Assembly: GCA_963761305.1 (NCBI GenBank)
Contig: CAVXGK010000002.1
Span: 160,001 to 224,000, forward strand
Source: an uncultured Gemmatimonadaceae bacterium
GTDB lineage: Bacteria > Gemmatimonadota > Gemmatimonadetes > Gemmatimonadales > Gemmatimonadaceae
Reading direction: 5' to 3'
Length of the DNA stretch: 64,000 bases
In this document: in pieces, positions 36,969 through 46,484 of the stretch
How positions within the stretch are numbered: position 1 is the first letter of the stretch
How the letters are laid out: each line of letters starts with the position of its first letter
The notes under the pieces: generated by a model
Database searches by the model: none
Told to the model about the DNA's origin: nothing
The model's input: the letters and a program-made list of their open reading frames with translations, nothing else
Program-made: the position numbers and the translations under genes

Positions 36969-38564
36969 ATGTTCTTTGATTCGGCTCTCGCGCCCGCTTG
37001 GGTTTCCGATCACGCGCACCTCGTTCGCGTTTCGATCGTTGCCGTCGTCGCAACGTCGGCTTGCAGCGCCCCGGGCACGCCACGTATCGACGGCCTCCCC
37101 GGAGCGCCCGCTGCTCCGTCGACACCGTGGACGGTTCCCGCCGCGGCCCGCACGCCACCGCCGCCACCCGGCATACCGGTCGCACCAGCGGCGACCGCCG
37201 CCCTCGCCGCCGATTCAGCGACGACCGCCGTCGTGCAGTTCTCACTCGCCGACGTCGTGGACCTCGCGCTCAAGAGCAACCCGGCCACTCGCGAGTCGTG
37301 GGCGAACGCACAGGCCGCGGCGAACCAGTACGGTTCGGCGCGCGGCGCGCTCTTCCCGACGATCAACGGGAGTCTGAACCTCGCCGGCGCGTCGACAGGT
37401 TCGGCATTCGGGGGCGGCGGAAACGGCAATTCCGTCGTCGTCGACACGTCGGCGGGTTCGACGCGCGCGGTGGGCGCGGTCGGCGGACTGACGCGTGCCC
37501 AGTTCACGCCGGCGATCTCACTGTCCTATCTGGTGCTCGACGCCGGCGGCCGCAAAGCCGCCATCGAAGCGGCGAAGCAGAACGCCATCGCGATGAATCT
37601 CGCCCACAACTCGGCGATCAACGATCTCGTGCTGGCGGTGGAGTCCGCGCTCTTCACGTATCTCGCGAACGTGGCGCTCCGCGACGCGCAGGTCACCGCC
37701 GTGCAAGAGGCGCAGACCGACACCGCCGCCGCCGAGGCGCGGTTTCGCGTCGGCGTGGGCACGTTGCAGGATGTGCTGCAGGCGCGCACCGAGCTCTCGC
37801 AGGCCCGCTTTCAGCTCGTGACGCTCCAGGGCAACCTGCTTACGTCGCGCGCGACGCTCGCCTCCGCGATGGGATTGCCGGCCAACGCGCGCTTCGAGAT
37901 CCCCACGGTCGCCGCGACCGATTCGGTCGCCAAGCTCGCGGCGTCCGTCGACACGCTTATCAACCGCGCGATCACGTTGCGCCCGGATCTGGCGCAGGCG
38001 CGCGCGGCCGCGGCACAGCTCGGGGCACAGATCCGCGTCACACAGTCGGAGTACCGTCCGTCGCTCACGCTCTCGACCATCCAGAGCTACACGCAGTCGG
38101 TCGAGGGCTCTTCGTCGGCGAACGGGCCCAACACGTCGCTCGTGTTCGGGCTGCAAGTGCCGATCTTCAACGGATACTCATCGCAGTACGACGTCCGCGC
38201 GGCTCGAGCGCTGTACACGGCCGGGCTCGCGCGCGTGACGTCCACGCAACAGCAGATCGCCGTCCAGGTGTTCACGTCGTACACGACGTTGCAGACGGCG
38301 CGTGAACGCCTGGCCGCCGCCGTCGAGCTGCTCACGTCGGCGGGGCAATCGGCCGACGTCGCCGCGGGCCGCTACCACGAGGGCGTGGGGACGATCCTCG
38401 ACATCCTCGTCGCGCGAACCGCGCTCGACTCGGCGCGCGCCGAGGACATCCAGGCGCGATGGAGCTGGCGGATGGCGCTGTCGCAGTTGGCGCACGACGT
38501 CGGCTCGCTCGACGTTCGGGGGCGGCCGAACATTCCGCTCGTCGGTCTGCCGAGGAATCCATGA
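36969..38564 (+). CDS. TolC-family outer-membrane efflux protein (start uncertain)
   Basis: L-x4-DLAL-x2-NP, lipobox-like TSAC, two OEP repeats, RY-x-EGVGT-x-LD. Confidence 0.9.
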   Translation: MFFDSALAPAWVSDHAHLVRVSIVAVVATSACSAPGTPRIDGLPGAPAAPSTPWTVPAAARTPPPPPGIPVAPAATAALAADSATTAVVQFSLADVVDLALKSNPATRESWANAQAAANQYGSARGALFPTINGSLNLAGASTGSAFGGGGNGNSVVVDTSAGSTRAVGAVGGLTRAQFTPAISLSYLVLDAGGRKAAIEAAKQNAIAMNLAHNSAINDLVLAVESALFTYLANVALRDAQVTAVQEAQTDTAAAEARFRVGVGTLQDVLQARTELSQARFQLVTLQGNLLTSRATLASAMGLPANARFEIPTVAATDSVAKLAASVDTLINRAITLRPDLAQARAAAAQLGAQIRVTQSEYRPSLTLSTIQSYTQSVEGSSSANGPNTSLVFGLQVPIFNGYSSQYDVRAARALYTAGLARVTSTQQQIAVQVFTSYTTLQTARERLAAAVELLTSAGQSADVAAGRYHEGVGTILDILVARTALDSARAEDIQARWSWRMALSQLAHDVGSLDVRGRPNIPLVGLPRNP

Positions 38565-39805
38565 GCGCGCGACACCGGCGACTCGTGGCCAGATGGATCG
38601 CGGCCGTCGTGACGGCCATCGCCGCGGCGTCGTGCAAGCAGGCGCCGCCGGCGCGCAAGACTCCGCCGACACCGGTGCGCGTGACGACCACGTCGCGCAT
38701 CGACGCTCCGGTCACTGTCTCCGCGAGCGGCGTCGTCGAGCCGATGCAGACGGTGTCGGTGACGGCACAGGTGAGCGGCACGCTGCAGGACGTGCTCTTC
38801 AAGGAAGGAGACTACGTCACGAAAGGACAGCGTCTCTTTCGGATCGACCCGCGTCCGCTCCAGGCGCTGGTAGATCAGGCGCGCGCCACACTCACCAAGG
38901 ATCAAGCGACGGCCGCGGCAGCGGCGCGCGACGACGAGCGGTTCAAGTCGCTGGCCAACGTCGGCTACGTGAGTCGATCGGCGGCCGACAGCCAGCACGC
39001 AACGGCGCTCGCCGCGGCGGCTACGGTGCAAGCCGATCAGGCGAATCTGCGTGCGGCCGAAGTGAACCTCGGCTTCACGTCGATCACGGCGCCGATCACC
39101 GGGCGCACGGGCGCACTGATCGTGCGCCGCGGCAACAACGTGAGCCCGACCAGCGGGCCGCTCGTCGTCATCAACCAGATCAATCCGGTGCTGGTGCGAT
39201 TTCCCGTGCTCGAGCAGGACTTCGCTCCCATGAAGGCGGCGGTGGCAAGGAGCCCGCTCCCCGTCACGGCGGCGTCGAGCGACAGCACCCAGGGCGTCGC
39301 GCGCGGAACGCTGTCGTTCCTCGACAACAACGTCGATTCGCTGACGGGCACGGTCACCGGCAAGGCGAGCTTTCCGAATTCCGACCGGCGCTTGTGGCCG
39401 GGCCAGCTCGTGCTGCTCACCGTGCAACTCCGGGTCGAGCGCGGCGTGCTGTCGGTTCCGACCGACGCGATCCTCACCGGCCAGCAGGGTCCGTACGTGT
39501 TCGTGGTCGACTCGGCGAACACGGCGCACATTCGTCTCGTCGTGCCCGGACTGCTGGTGGCGAGTCGCACCGTGATTCAACGCGGACTCACCATCGGTGA
39601 GCGCGTGGTGGTGGACGGACAGTCGCGCCTCGACGACAAGACGCGCGTCGCGATCACCGGCGTCGGCGCGGACACGAGCGGAACGACGCTCATCGGTAGC
39701 CGAGTCGACTCCAGCGCACAGGCGGCGGAGTCACTTGGCGGCGAGATCGTGCCGGCAAAAGGAGCTGTCCGCTCTGACAAAACGCGGCTGCCGATACGGA
39801 AATGA
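38561..39805 (+). CDS. RND periplasmic adaptor (MdtA-like)
   Basis: V-x-G-x-L-x2-V-x-FKEG-x2-V-x-KGQ-x-LF-x-IDPRP, I-x-API-x-GR-x-G, LWPGQ. ATGA overlap with tolC. Confidence 0.93.
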   Translation: MSARHRRLVARWIAAVVTAIAAASCKQAPPARKTPPTPVRVTTTSRIDAPVTVSASGVVEPMQTVSVTAQVSGTLQDVLFKEGDYVTKGQRLFRIDPRPLQALVDQARATLTKDQATAAAAARDDERFKSLANVGYVSRSAADSQHATALAAAATVQADQANLRAAEVNLGFTSITAPITGRTGALIVRRGNNVSPTSGPLVVINQINPVLVRFPVLEQDFAPMKAAVARSPLPVTAASSDSTQGVARGTLSFLDNNVDSLTGTVTGKASFPNSDRRLWPGQLVLLTVQLRVERGVLSVPTDAILTGQQGPYVFVVDSANTAHIRLVVPGLLVASRTVIQRGLTIGERVVVDGQSRLDDKTRVAITGVGADTSGTTLIGSRVDSSAQAAESLGGEIVPAKGAVRSDKTRLPIRK

Positions 39806-42800
39806 ACGTCTCCGAGCTGTTCATCAAGCGGCCCGTCATGACCATCCTGCTGATGGTCGGCATTCTCGTGTTCGGCGCGTTCACCTATAACAGTCTGGCG
39901 ATCAGCGATCTGCCGACGGTGGACTATCCGACGATCACGGTGAGCGCCGCGCTGCCGGGCGCGAGCCCGCAGACGATGGCCGCGTCCGTCGCCACGCCGC
40001 TCGAGAAACAGTTCTCGACGATCGCCGGCGTCGACAACATGACGTCGACGTCGAGCCTCGGCTCGACATCCATCACGTTGCAGTTCTCGCTCGACCGCGA
40101 CATCGATGCGGCCGCGCAAGACGTGAACGCGGCCATCGCTCAGTCGTTGCGACAGTTGCCGCAGAACATCATTCCGCCTTCGTATCAGAAAGTGAACCCG
40201 GCCGCATCGCCGATTCTGTTCTACGCGCTGACCTCGACCACGCTCTCGCTCCAGGCGCTCGACGAGGTCGGCGAGACGCTCCTCTCACAGCGCCTGTCGA
40301 TGGTGAGCGGCGTCGCGCAGGTGCAGGTGTTCGGTTCGGCCAAGTACGCCGTACGTGTCCAGGTCGATCCCGCCGCGCTCGCGTACCGGCAGATCGGCAT
40401 CGACGACATCGCCACTGCAATCAAGGCGCAGAGCGTCACCCAGCCGACCGGCGTGCTCTGGGGGCCGACGACGGCGTACACGCTCCAGGCGAACGGCCAA
40501 CTCGACAACGCGACGGAGTTCCGGGAGATGACGGTCGTCTACCGGAACGGCGCGGCCGTACAACTGGGCGCGCTCGGCCATGTCCTCGACGACGTCCAGA
40601 ACAATCGGAGCGCGAGCTGGTTCAACGGCGTGCGCGCGATCGTGTTGGCGGTGCAGCGCCAACCGGGCACGAACACCGTCGAGGTCGCGAACGCGGTGCG
40701 GTCGACGCTCGATTCGTTGCGCGTCGACGTTCCCAGCGGCGTGAAGGTCCAGACGCTCTTCGACCGTTCGCAGGGCATCGATCAATCGGTGCGCGACGTG
40801 AAGCGGACGCTCGTCTTGACGCTCTGCCTCGTCGTCATCGTGATCTTCGTGTTCCTGCGCAACGGGTGGGCGACGCTGATCCCCAGCCTCGCGCTCCCGC
40901 TCTCGGTGATCGGCACGTTTCCCGTCATGTACGTGCTCAACTACAGCCTCGACCAACTGTCGTTGATGGCGCTCACGCTCGCCGTCGGCTTCGTCGTCGA
41001 CGACGCGATCGTGATGCTCGAGAACATCGTCCGGCACATGGAGATGGGCACGCCGCCGCTGCAGGCGGCGATGGATGGGGCCAAAGAGGTGGGCTTCACG
41101 ATCATGTCGATGACGCTCTCGCTGACGGCGGTCTTCATTCCGCTTCTTTTCCTGGGCGGCGTCGTCGGGCGGTTGTTCCGCGAATTCTCGGTCGTGATCG
41201 CGACGTCGATCCTCGTGTCGGGCGTTGTCTCGCTGACCTTCACGCCGATGCTCGCGAGCCGCTTCCTGCGCGCGCAGCACGCCCAGAAGCACAATCGGCT
41301 CTACAACGCCACCGAGCACGCCTGGGAATGGACCCTCGGCTGGTACAAGCGGACGCTCGATCTAGCCATGGCTCATCGTCTGGTGACGATGTTTTTCTCG
41401 CTGCTCGTGCTCGTCGGGACCTGGCTGTTGTTCAGGGTGCTGCCGACCGGGTTCATTCCCGACGAGGACATCGGGCAGATCAACATCACCACCGAAGCGG
41501 CGCAGGGAACGTCATACGGGGACATGGTGCGGCGGCAGCAGCAACTCGCCGGCATCGTGGAGCGCGACACAAACGTCGCGTCGTACATGTCCACCGTGGG
41601 CAGTTCGGGCGGCGGATCATCCGGCTCGAATACGGGCCGTATCGTCGTGATCCTCAAGGCACTCGGCAAGCGATCCCCGATTCAAGACGTGGTGAACGAG
41701 CTGCGCGGCAAGATGGCGCACGTTCCGGGCATCCTCTCGTATCCGTCGCTGCCGCCGGCGATTCAGATCGGCGGCCGAACGGCCAAGAGCCAGTATCAGT
41801 TCACGATGCAGGGATCGGATGTGAACGCGATGTACGCGGGGGCGCAGAAGCTCGTCGACGCCGCCAAGCAGTCGCCGCTGCTCGCCGACGTGACGAGCGA
41901 CATGATGAACAACAACCCGCAAGTGAACGTGAACATCGACCGGACGCGGGCCGCCGTCTTCGGCGTCACCGCCGATCAAATCGAGAACGCGCTCAACTTC
42001 GCGTACGGCTCGACGCAGGTGTCGACGATTCTCACGCCGACGAACCAGTACTGGGTGATCCTCGAGGTGTTGCCGCAGTATCAGCAAGATCCGGGAGCGC
42101 TCGGCCTGCTCTACATCAAAAGCACGACCGGAACAGTGGTGCCGCTCCGAGCCGTGGCGACGATCACGAAGGGCGTCGGTCCGGTCACGATCAACCACTC
42201 CGGCCAGCTTCCGTCGGTGACGCTCTCGTTCAACCTTGCGCCGAACGTCTCGCTCGGAACGGCGACGGCCGAAGTGCAGCGGCTGGCGGGCCAGATACTT
42301 CCGGCGGGCATCACGACCGCGTTCTCCGGCACCGCGCAGGTATTTCAGGCGACCGAGGCCGGGCTCCTGGTGCTCGTCATCCTCGCGATCTTCGTGATCT
42401 ACATGGTGCTCGGCGTGTTGTACGAGAGCTTCGTGCACCCGATCACGATTCTCTCGGGCCTTCCGTTCGCCGCCTTCGGCGCGCTGCTCGCGCTGTGGAT
42501 CTTCCACGTCGAACTGTCAGTATTCGCGTTCGTCGGCATCATTTTGCTGATCGGCATCGTGAAGAAGAACGCGATCATGATGGTCGACTTCGCCGTCGAG
42601 TCGGAGCGTGCCGAGAAGAAGACGGCCGCCGAAGCGATCGTCGACGCGGCGCACGTGCGCTTCCGCCCGATCATGATGACGACGGTGGCGGCGCTTGTGG
42701 GAACGCTGCCGGTGGCGATGGCGTCAGGGATGGGATCGGAGACGCGCCGGCCGCTCGGAATTGCGGTGGTGGGCGGGTTGGCATTCTCGCAGCTGGTGAC

Positions 42801-42933
42801 GCTGTACGTGACGCCGGTGGTGTACACGTATCTCGATCCGCTCAGCCGGAAGCTCGAGCGGAAGCTGGCGAGGGAAGGGAAGAAAGGCGAAGGAGGAGAA
42901 GGAGAGCAGATCGAGTTGGGAGCGGTCCAGTGA
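39802..42933 (+). CDS. RND efflux permease (HAE1, MdtB/C-like)
   Basis: FI-x-RP, GFVVDDAIVM-x-EN, GIVKKNAIMMVDFA, RFRPIMMTT. Confidence 0.95.
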   Translation: MNVSELFIKRPVMTILLMVGILVFGAFTYNSLAISDLPTVDYPTITVSAALPGASPQTMAASVATPLEKQFSTIAGVDNMTSTSSLGSTSITLQFSLDRDIDAAAQDVNAAIAQSLRQLPQNIIPPSYQKVNPAASPILFYALTSTTLSLQALDEVGETLLSQRLSMVSGVAQVQVFGSAKYAVRVQVDPAALAYRQIGIDDIATAIKAQSVTQPTGVLWGPTTAYTLQANGQLDNATEFREMTVVYRNGAAVQLGALGHVLDDVQNNRSASWFNGVRAIVLAVQRQPGTNTVEVANAVRSTLDSLRVDVPSGVKVQTLFDRSQGIDQSVRDVKRTLVLTLCLVVIVIFVFLRNGWATLIPSLALPLSVIGTFPVMYVLNYSLDQLSLMALTLAVGFVVDDAIVMLENIVRHMEMGTPPLQAAMDGAKEVGFTIMSMTLSLTAVFIPLLFLGGVVGRLFREFSVVIATSILVSGVVSLTFTPMLASRFLRAQHAQKHNRLYNATEHAWEWTLGWYKRTLDLAMAHRLVTMFFSLLVLVGTWLLFRVLPTGFIPDEDIGQINITTEAAQGTSYGDMVRRQQQLAGIVERDTNVASYMSTVGSSGGGSSGSNTGRIVVILKALGKRSPIQDVVNELRGKMAHVPGILSYPSLPPAIQIGGRTAKSQYQFTMQGSDVNAMYAGAQKLVDAAKQSPLLADVTSDMMNNNPQVNVNIDRTRAAVFGVTADQIENALNFAYGSTQVSTILTPTNQYWVILEVLPQYQQDPGALGLLYIKSTTGTVVPLRAVATITKGVGPVTINHSGQLPSVTLSFNLAPNVSLGTATAEVQRLAGQILPAGITTAFSGTAQVFQATEAGLLVLVILAIFVIYMVLGVLYESFVHPITILSGLPFAAFGALLALWIFHVELSVFAFVGIILLIGIVKKNAIMMVDFAVESERAEKKTAAEAIVDAAHVRFRPIMMTTVAALVGTLPVAMASGMGSETRRPLGIAVVGGLAFSQLVTLYVTPVVYTYLDPLSRKLERKLAREGKKGEGGEGEQIELGAVQ

Positions 42934-43038
42934 AAGGCGAAGGTGACGAACCCCGAAGGTGACGAACGGCGAGGACGGCGATACGGCTCGGCCTCGATTG
43001 TTGGTGTTCGGGGCGCTATACTTTTCAGACTGTTTTGA

Positions 43039-43112
43039 CGGGACGTAGCGCAGTCCGGTAGCGCACCTGAATGGGGTTCAGGGGGTCGCGGGTTCAAATC
43101 CCGCCGTCCCGA
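43039..43112 (+). tRNA. tRNA-Pro(GGG), CCA not encoded
   Basis: Acceptor CGGGACG/CGTCCCG, D arm, anticodon stem CCTGA/TCAGG with loop ATGGGGT, T arm GCGGG-TTCAAAT-CCCGC. Confidence 0.97.
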
Positions 43113-43115
43113 TCT

Positions 43116-43158
43116 GACGAGCCGACAAGCACTCGCTGTCGGCTCGTCCTCGTTTTTT
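43116..43158 (+). terminator. Hairpin/terminator after tRNA-Pro
   Basis: GACGAGCCGACA/TGTCGGCTCGTC stem followed closely by T6. Confidence 0.7.
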
Positions 43159-43230
43159 GGTTTGCGTGGGTACGTTCGTGGATACGTTTGAGCCGTTTAT
43201 CACGCCGGAATCGCACTGGTTTCGCTCATC

Positions 43231-43334
43231 GGACCGCGTAGTGGTTCTGGGATGCGGCGCAGGCGGGTTCGACTCCCGCGATCGCAAAGGGGCGTCGTCG
43301 CTTTTGACGGGGTTCGACTCCCCGGCGGTCCACC
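43231..43334 (+). ncRNA. tRNA-like element with two T-arms
   Basis: Acceptor stem GGACCGC/GCGGTCC plus ACC; T arm CGGGG-TTCGACT-CCCCG; second GCGGG-TTCGACT-CCCGC hairpin; variable-arm-like hairpin. Confidence 0.65.
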
Positions 43335-43548
43335 GTCTGTCTTCGCCAGTGCATGACGTAGCGCGCGACGCGGCCGGCGGGGTGACAGTGGCGCGGGACC
43401 CGCTGTGGCGAAGGTTCGCAATGGTTCCTAGTCTGTCGCCGGTTGCATCGACAATGTGAGCGCGACGCGGTCGCGAGCGTTCTCGACTCGTGGGAAGCGC
43501 TTTCGACGCGGATGCCCGCCCGCATACGGGACGCCGCTACGTTGCGCT

Positions 43549-44916
43549 ATGCCATTCGCGTCATTTAAGCTGCATCCGAGTCTGCTCAAAGGTGTGAAAG
43601 AACTAGGCTTCGCTCGCCCCACGCCCATCCAAACTGACGCGATACCGGTCGCCATGGAGGGACGCGACGTCCTCGCCTGCGCCATGACCGGCAGCGGCAA
43701 GACGCTCGCCTTTCTCCTTCCGATCCTTCACCGGCTGCTCGAGCAGCCGCGGCGAGGAACGCGGGCGCTCGTCGTCACACCGACCCGCGAGCTCGCGGCG
43801 CAAATCCTCGAGGAGCTCAACGCCGTGGCCGTCCACACACCAATCACCGCCGCCGCGGTGTACGGCGGCGTCGGCATGGCCCCGCAGGAACACGCTTTCC
43901 GAACCGGCGTGGACGTTCTCGTCGCGACGCCCGGCCGCCTCCTCGACCACCTCAAGCATCCCTACGCCCGGCTCGACCAGATCATCGCGCTCGTCCTCGA
44001 CGAGGCCGACCGTATGCTCGACATGGGGTTTCTCCCCGACATCAAGCGCCTGCTCAAGCACCTGCCGGCCAAACGGCAGACGCTGTTCTTCAGCGCCACG
44101 ATGCCCAAGCCCATCCTCGAGCTCACCCGCGCCCTGCTGGAAAACCCGGCGACGATCAACCTCGAGCGCAAGGCGGCGCCCGCCGTTGGGATCACGCAAG
44201 CCGTGTATCCGGTGAAGCAGGAGCTCAAGCCGGCGCTGCTCCTTGCGCTGCTCCGGCGCGACCTGGTGAATGAAGCACTTGTCTTTACCCGCACCAAGCA
44301 CCGCGCGAACCGCCTCTGGGAGTTTCTCGACAAGCAGGGGATCTCCGTCGCGCGCATCCACGGCAACCGGTCGCAGGCGCAGCGCAGTGATGCGCTCGCG
44401 GGATTCAAGGCGGGCAAGTATCGAGTCCTCGTCGCGACGGACATCGCCGCGCGCGGCATCGACGTCGAGGAGCTCGGCCACGTGGTCAACCTCGATGTGC
44501 CGCTGGCGCCGGAGGATTACATCCACCGCGTTGGCCGGACGGCGCGCGCCGAAGCGACGGGCGAGGCGTACACGTTTGTGTCGCCGGAGGAAACGGACGG
44601 CCTGCGGGCGATCGAGCGTGCCGTCGGCAAGACGCTGCCACGAGTGACGATTCCGGGCTTCGACTACGACGCCAAGTCGGTGGCCAAGCTCGAGATCCCG
44701 ATCGCGAAGCGAATGGCGAAGCATCGCGCGCAGCGCGGGGTCGAGCGACAGCGGGCGAAAGAGAAGGAGGCGCGCCGTGCGGGGACACCGGCAGTGTCGC
44801 CCGCGCCTGCACCCCCGCGGGCGCCTCATGCGCCATCGCCATCGCCCTATCGCGATGAGTCAGGCGGCGGCGGCCGGGGGCGAGGCAGGCGCGGGCGCGG
44901 GCGCGGGGGCGGGTAG
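43549..44916 (+). CDS. DEAD-box RNA helicase (RhlE-like) with RG-rich tail
   Basis: Q motif, TGSGKT, PTRELA, TPGR, DEAD, SAT, ARGID, HRVGRTAR. Confidence 0.95.
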   Translation: MPFASFKLHPSLLKGVKELGFARPTPIQTDAIPVAMEGRDVLACAMTGSGKTLAFLLPILHRLLEQPRRGTRALVVTPTRELAAQILEELNAVAVHTPITAAAVYGGVGMAPQEHAFRTGVDVLVATPGRLLDHLKHPYARLDQIIALVLDEADRMLDMGFLPDIKRLLKHLPAKRQTLFFSATMPKPILELTRALLENPATINLERKAAPAVGITQAVYPVKQELKPALLLALLRRDLVNEALVFTRTKHRANRLWEFLDKQGISVARIHGNRSQAQRSDALAGFKAGKYRVLVATDIAARGIDVEELGHVVNLDVPLAPEDYIHRVGRTARAEATGEAYTFVSPEETDGLRAIERAVGKTLPRVTIPGFDYDAKSVAKLEIPIAKRMAKHRAQRGVERQRAKEKEARRAGTPAVSPAPAPPRAPHAPSPSPYRDESGGGGRGRGRRGRGRGGG

Positions 44917-45279
44917 CGCCACCCTCTCCCTGCTGCTGGCGAACTACCCAAATGGAAGCCTTACCCAAGGCTTTCTCCCCTTTCCTCTGAACCCCGGTGT
45001 GCCGGTCTCCGACGCGGTCGCGACCTGCGGCAAAGACTATTGCCTGAGAGAAGCGCTAATCCAAACAATGACTCCGTTCCACGTTCTGATAACTAGCGAC
45101 ACACTTTGCTTGTCCGACCAGTGCGGAGCCTCTCAGAACCGAGTTAGGATTCGGCCAGCTGCCCCCGCGGGGAAATCCACGCGCCCATCGAATGCCGCAG
45201 CGCCCGTGGTTGCAGGAAAACCTGTAAAGCCGCCGCGCTCGGCGCCCGACCTCCCGCCCTCACCCTTGCCATCCCACCC

Positions 45280-45874
45280 ATGATAGAGCGCCGTCTCGGC
45301 AGCCTGCGTCCGCGGGTACTCGCGCACTTGGCATTCAGCATGTCTTTTCTATCCGTTGTATCGGGCGCAGGCGCCTGTCAAACGGGTCGAGCTCCTGGAG
45401 CGAGTACCGCTACCGCAACCCGGTGGAGCAGGGACTCCACGAAATACATCCAGGATTCGATCAAATGGGTGCACGATTCCGTTGTCGTCGACTCCATCTC
45501 GAGGACCGTTAACACCGACTCGCTGTACCGCCTCATTCGAGCGCAACTGCGCGCCGACAATCCGGTCCCGCTGCAGCGAGCGATCGATTGCGAAACGGAA
45601 AGACTGAAGCTGGGGCCACGGTGCCATGGCCACGGTCGACGCCTTTCATCGGATGGTCGACACAGTTTTTCGACCGTCCGATGCGGCGGACAAAAAGCGA
45701 GTCGACAACCGTCTAAGCAACATGTCGGTTGACGAGATGGCTTCGCTCGGCGTGGGTGAACGGCAATGTGGCAAGTTCTCGCGCTGGGGCCCTCGCCACC
45801 CGTTGAGCATCAGCGGTGCATCGCTCGACACGAGAACCGGAAGGCCGGCCAGACCGCGGCGACCGGACATTTAG
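45280..45874 (+). pseudogene. Hypothetical lipoprotein split by a probable frameshift near 45610
   Basis: Lipobox-like AGAC. Protein-like sequence continues in the +1 frame (…HGAMATVDAFHRMVD…). Confidence 0.45.
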
Positions 45875-46010
45875 GCCGGAGACCTCCCGCTTCTGCGGCA
45901 TGTCGAACGGCCACAGATCCACATGCTTTGGCGCGTGGACTGTGGCCCTTCTGACTCCGCTGACCCTGCGGAGCTGTGCGGCTAAGTAGCTCGAGCGCGT
46001 CAGGCACGTG

Positions 46011-46051
46011 TAACCGTTGACGGCCCGCGCGCCGCGGCTAGCCTCCGCATA
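46011..46051 (+). promoter_or_regulatory. Leaderless-type promoter
   Basis: TTGACG-N16-TAGCCT-N7-ATG with no SD. Same layout as 56364-56404. Confidence 0.6.
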
Positions 46052-46417
46052 ATGGAGCCATCGAACGCACCCGAGCTGTACGCCATCGCACAGTTTATGG
46101 TTCCGCGAATCGCGGCCGATGCGTTGGACCTGCCGCGGATCGTTCAGGAAGCGCGCGACGCTGGCATGGTGGCGCCGAACATCGAGATGAACGTACGCGG
46201 CGCCGGCGCCGGGAAGATTCGCGTGACGTGCCGAACGCTGATGGCGCTGCGCCTCGTGGCCGAATGGAAACGAATCGCCGCGAGCGCGCCTCAGAACGAT
46301 TCCGGCGCCAAACTGCGCGAGGGCATCGCGCTCGCGAACGAGGCAGCGAGCGGCGGCTGTTACGAGGCGTGGAACCCGCGAACGCTGTCGATGGGCGAGA
46401 GCGGGTTTATTGGCTAA
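46052..46417 (+). CDS. Hypothetical 121-aa protein, paralog of 56405-56770
   Basis: Shares MEP, Y-x-IAQF-x2-PR, P-x-IE-x-N-x-R-x-AG and C-terminal MG[ED][ST]G[FY][IL]G. Confidence 0.75.
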   Translation: MEPSNAPELYAIAQFMVPRIAADALDLPRIVQEARDAGMVAPNIEMNVRGAGAGKIRVTCRTLMALRLVAEWKRIAASAPQNDSGAKLREGIALANEAASGGCYEAWNPRTLSMGESGFIG

Positions 46418-46484
46418 GCCAGCGGTGCCCGCAACGGCGGTCGGACTGGCCGCTGTCCAACGATTGTTGGCAAGCGGCGAGCGA

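Noticed and set aside
43231..43334. tmRNA, tRNA-Sec or tRNA-Ser(CGA)
   Set aside because: Too short for tmRNA, with no tag frame and no G3-U70. No UCA anticodon. The loop TTCGACT lacks purine 37 and is identical to a T loop, and the D arm is non-canonical.
44940..46050. Integron attC sites or a dif-like site (CCGCATAAT at 46045)
   Set aside because: No paired RYYYAAC/GTTRRRY ends with an internal palindrome, no XerD half-site, and no integrase.
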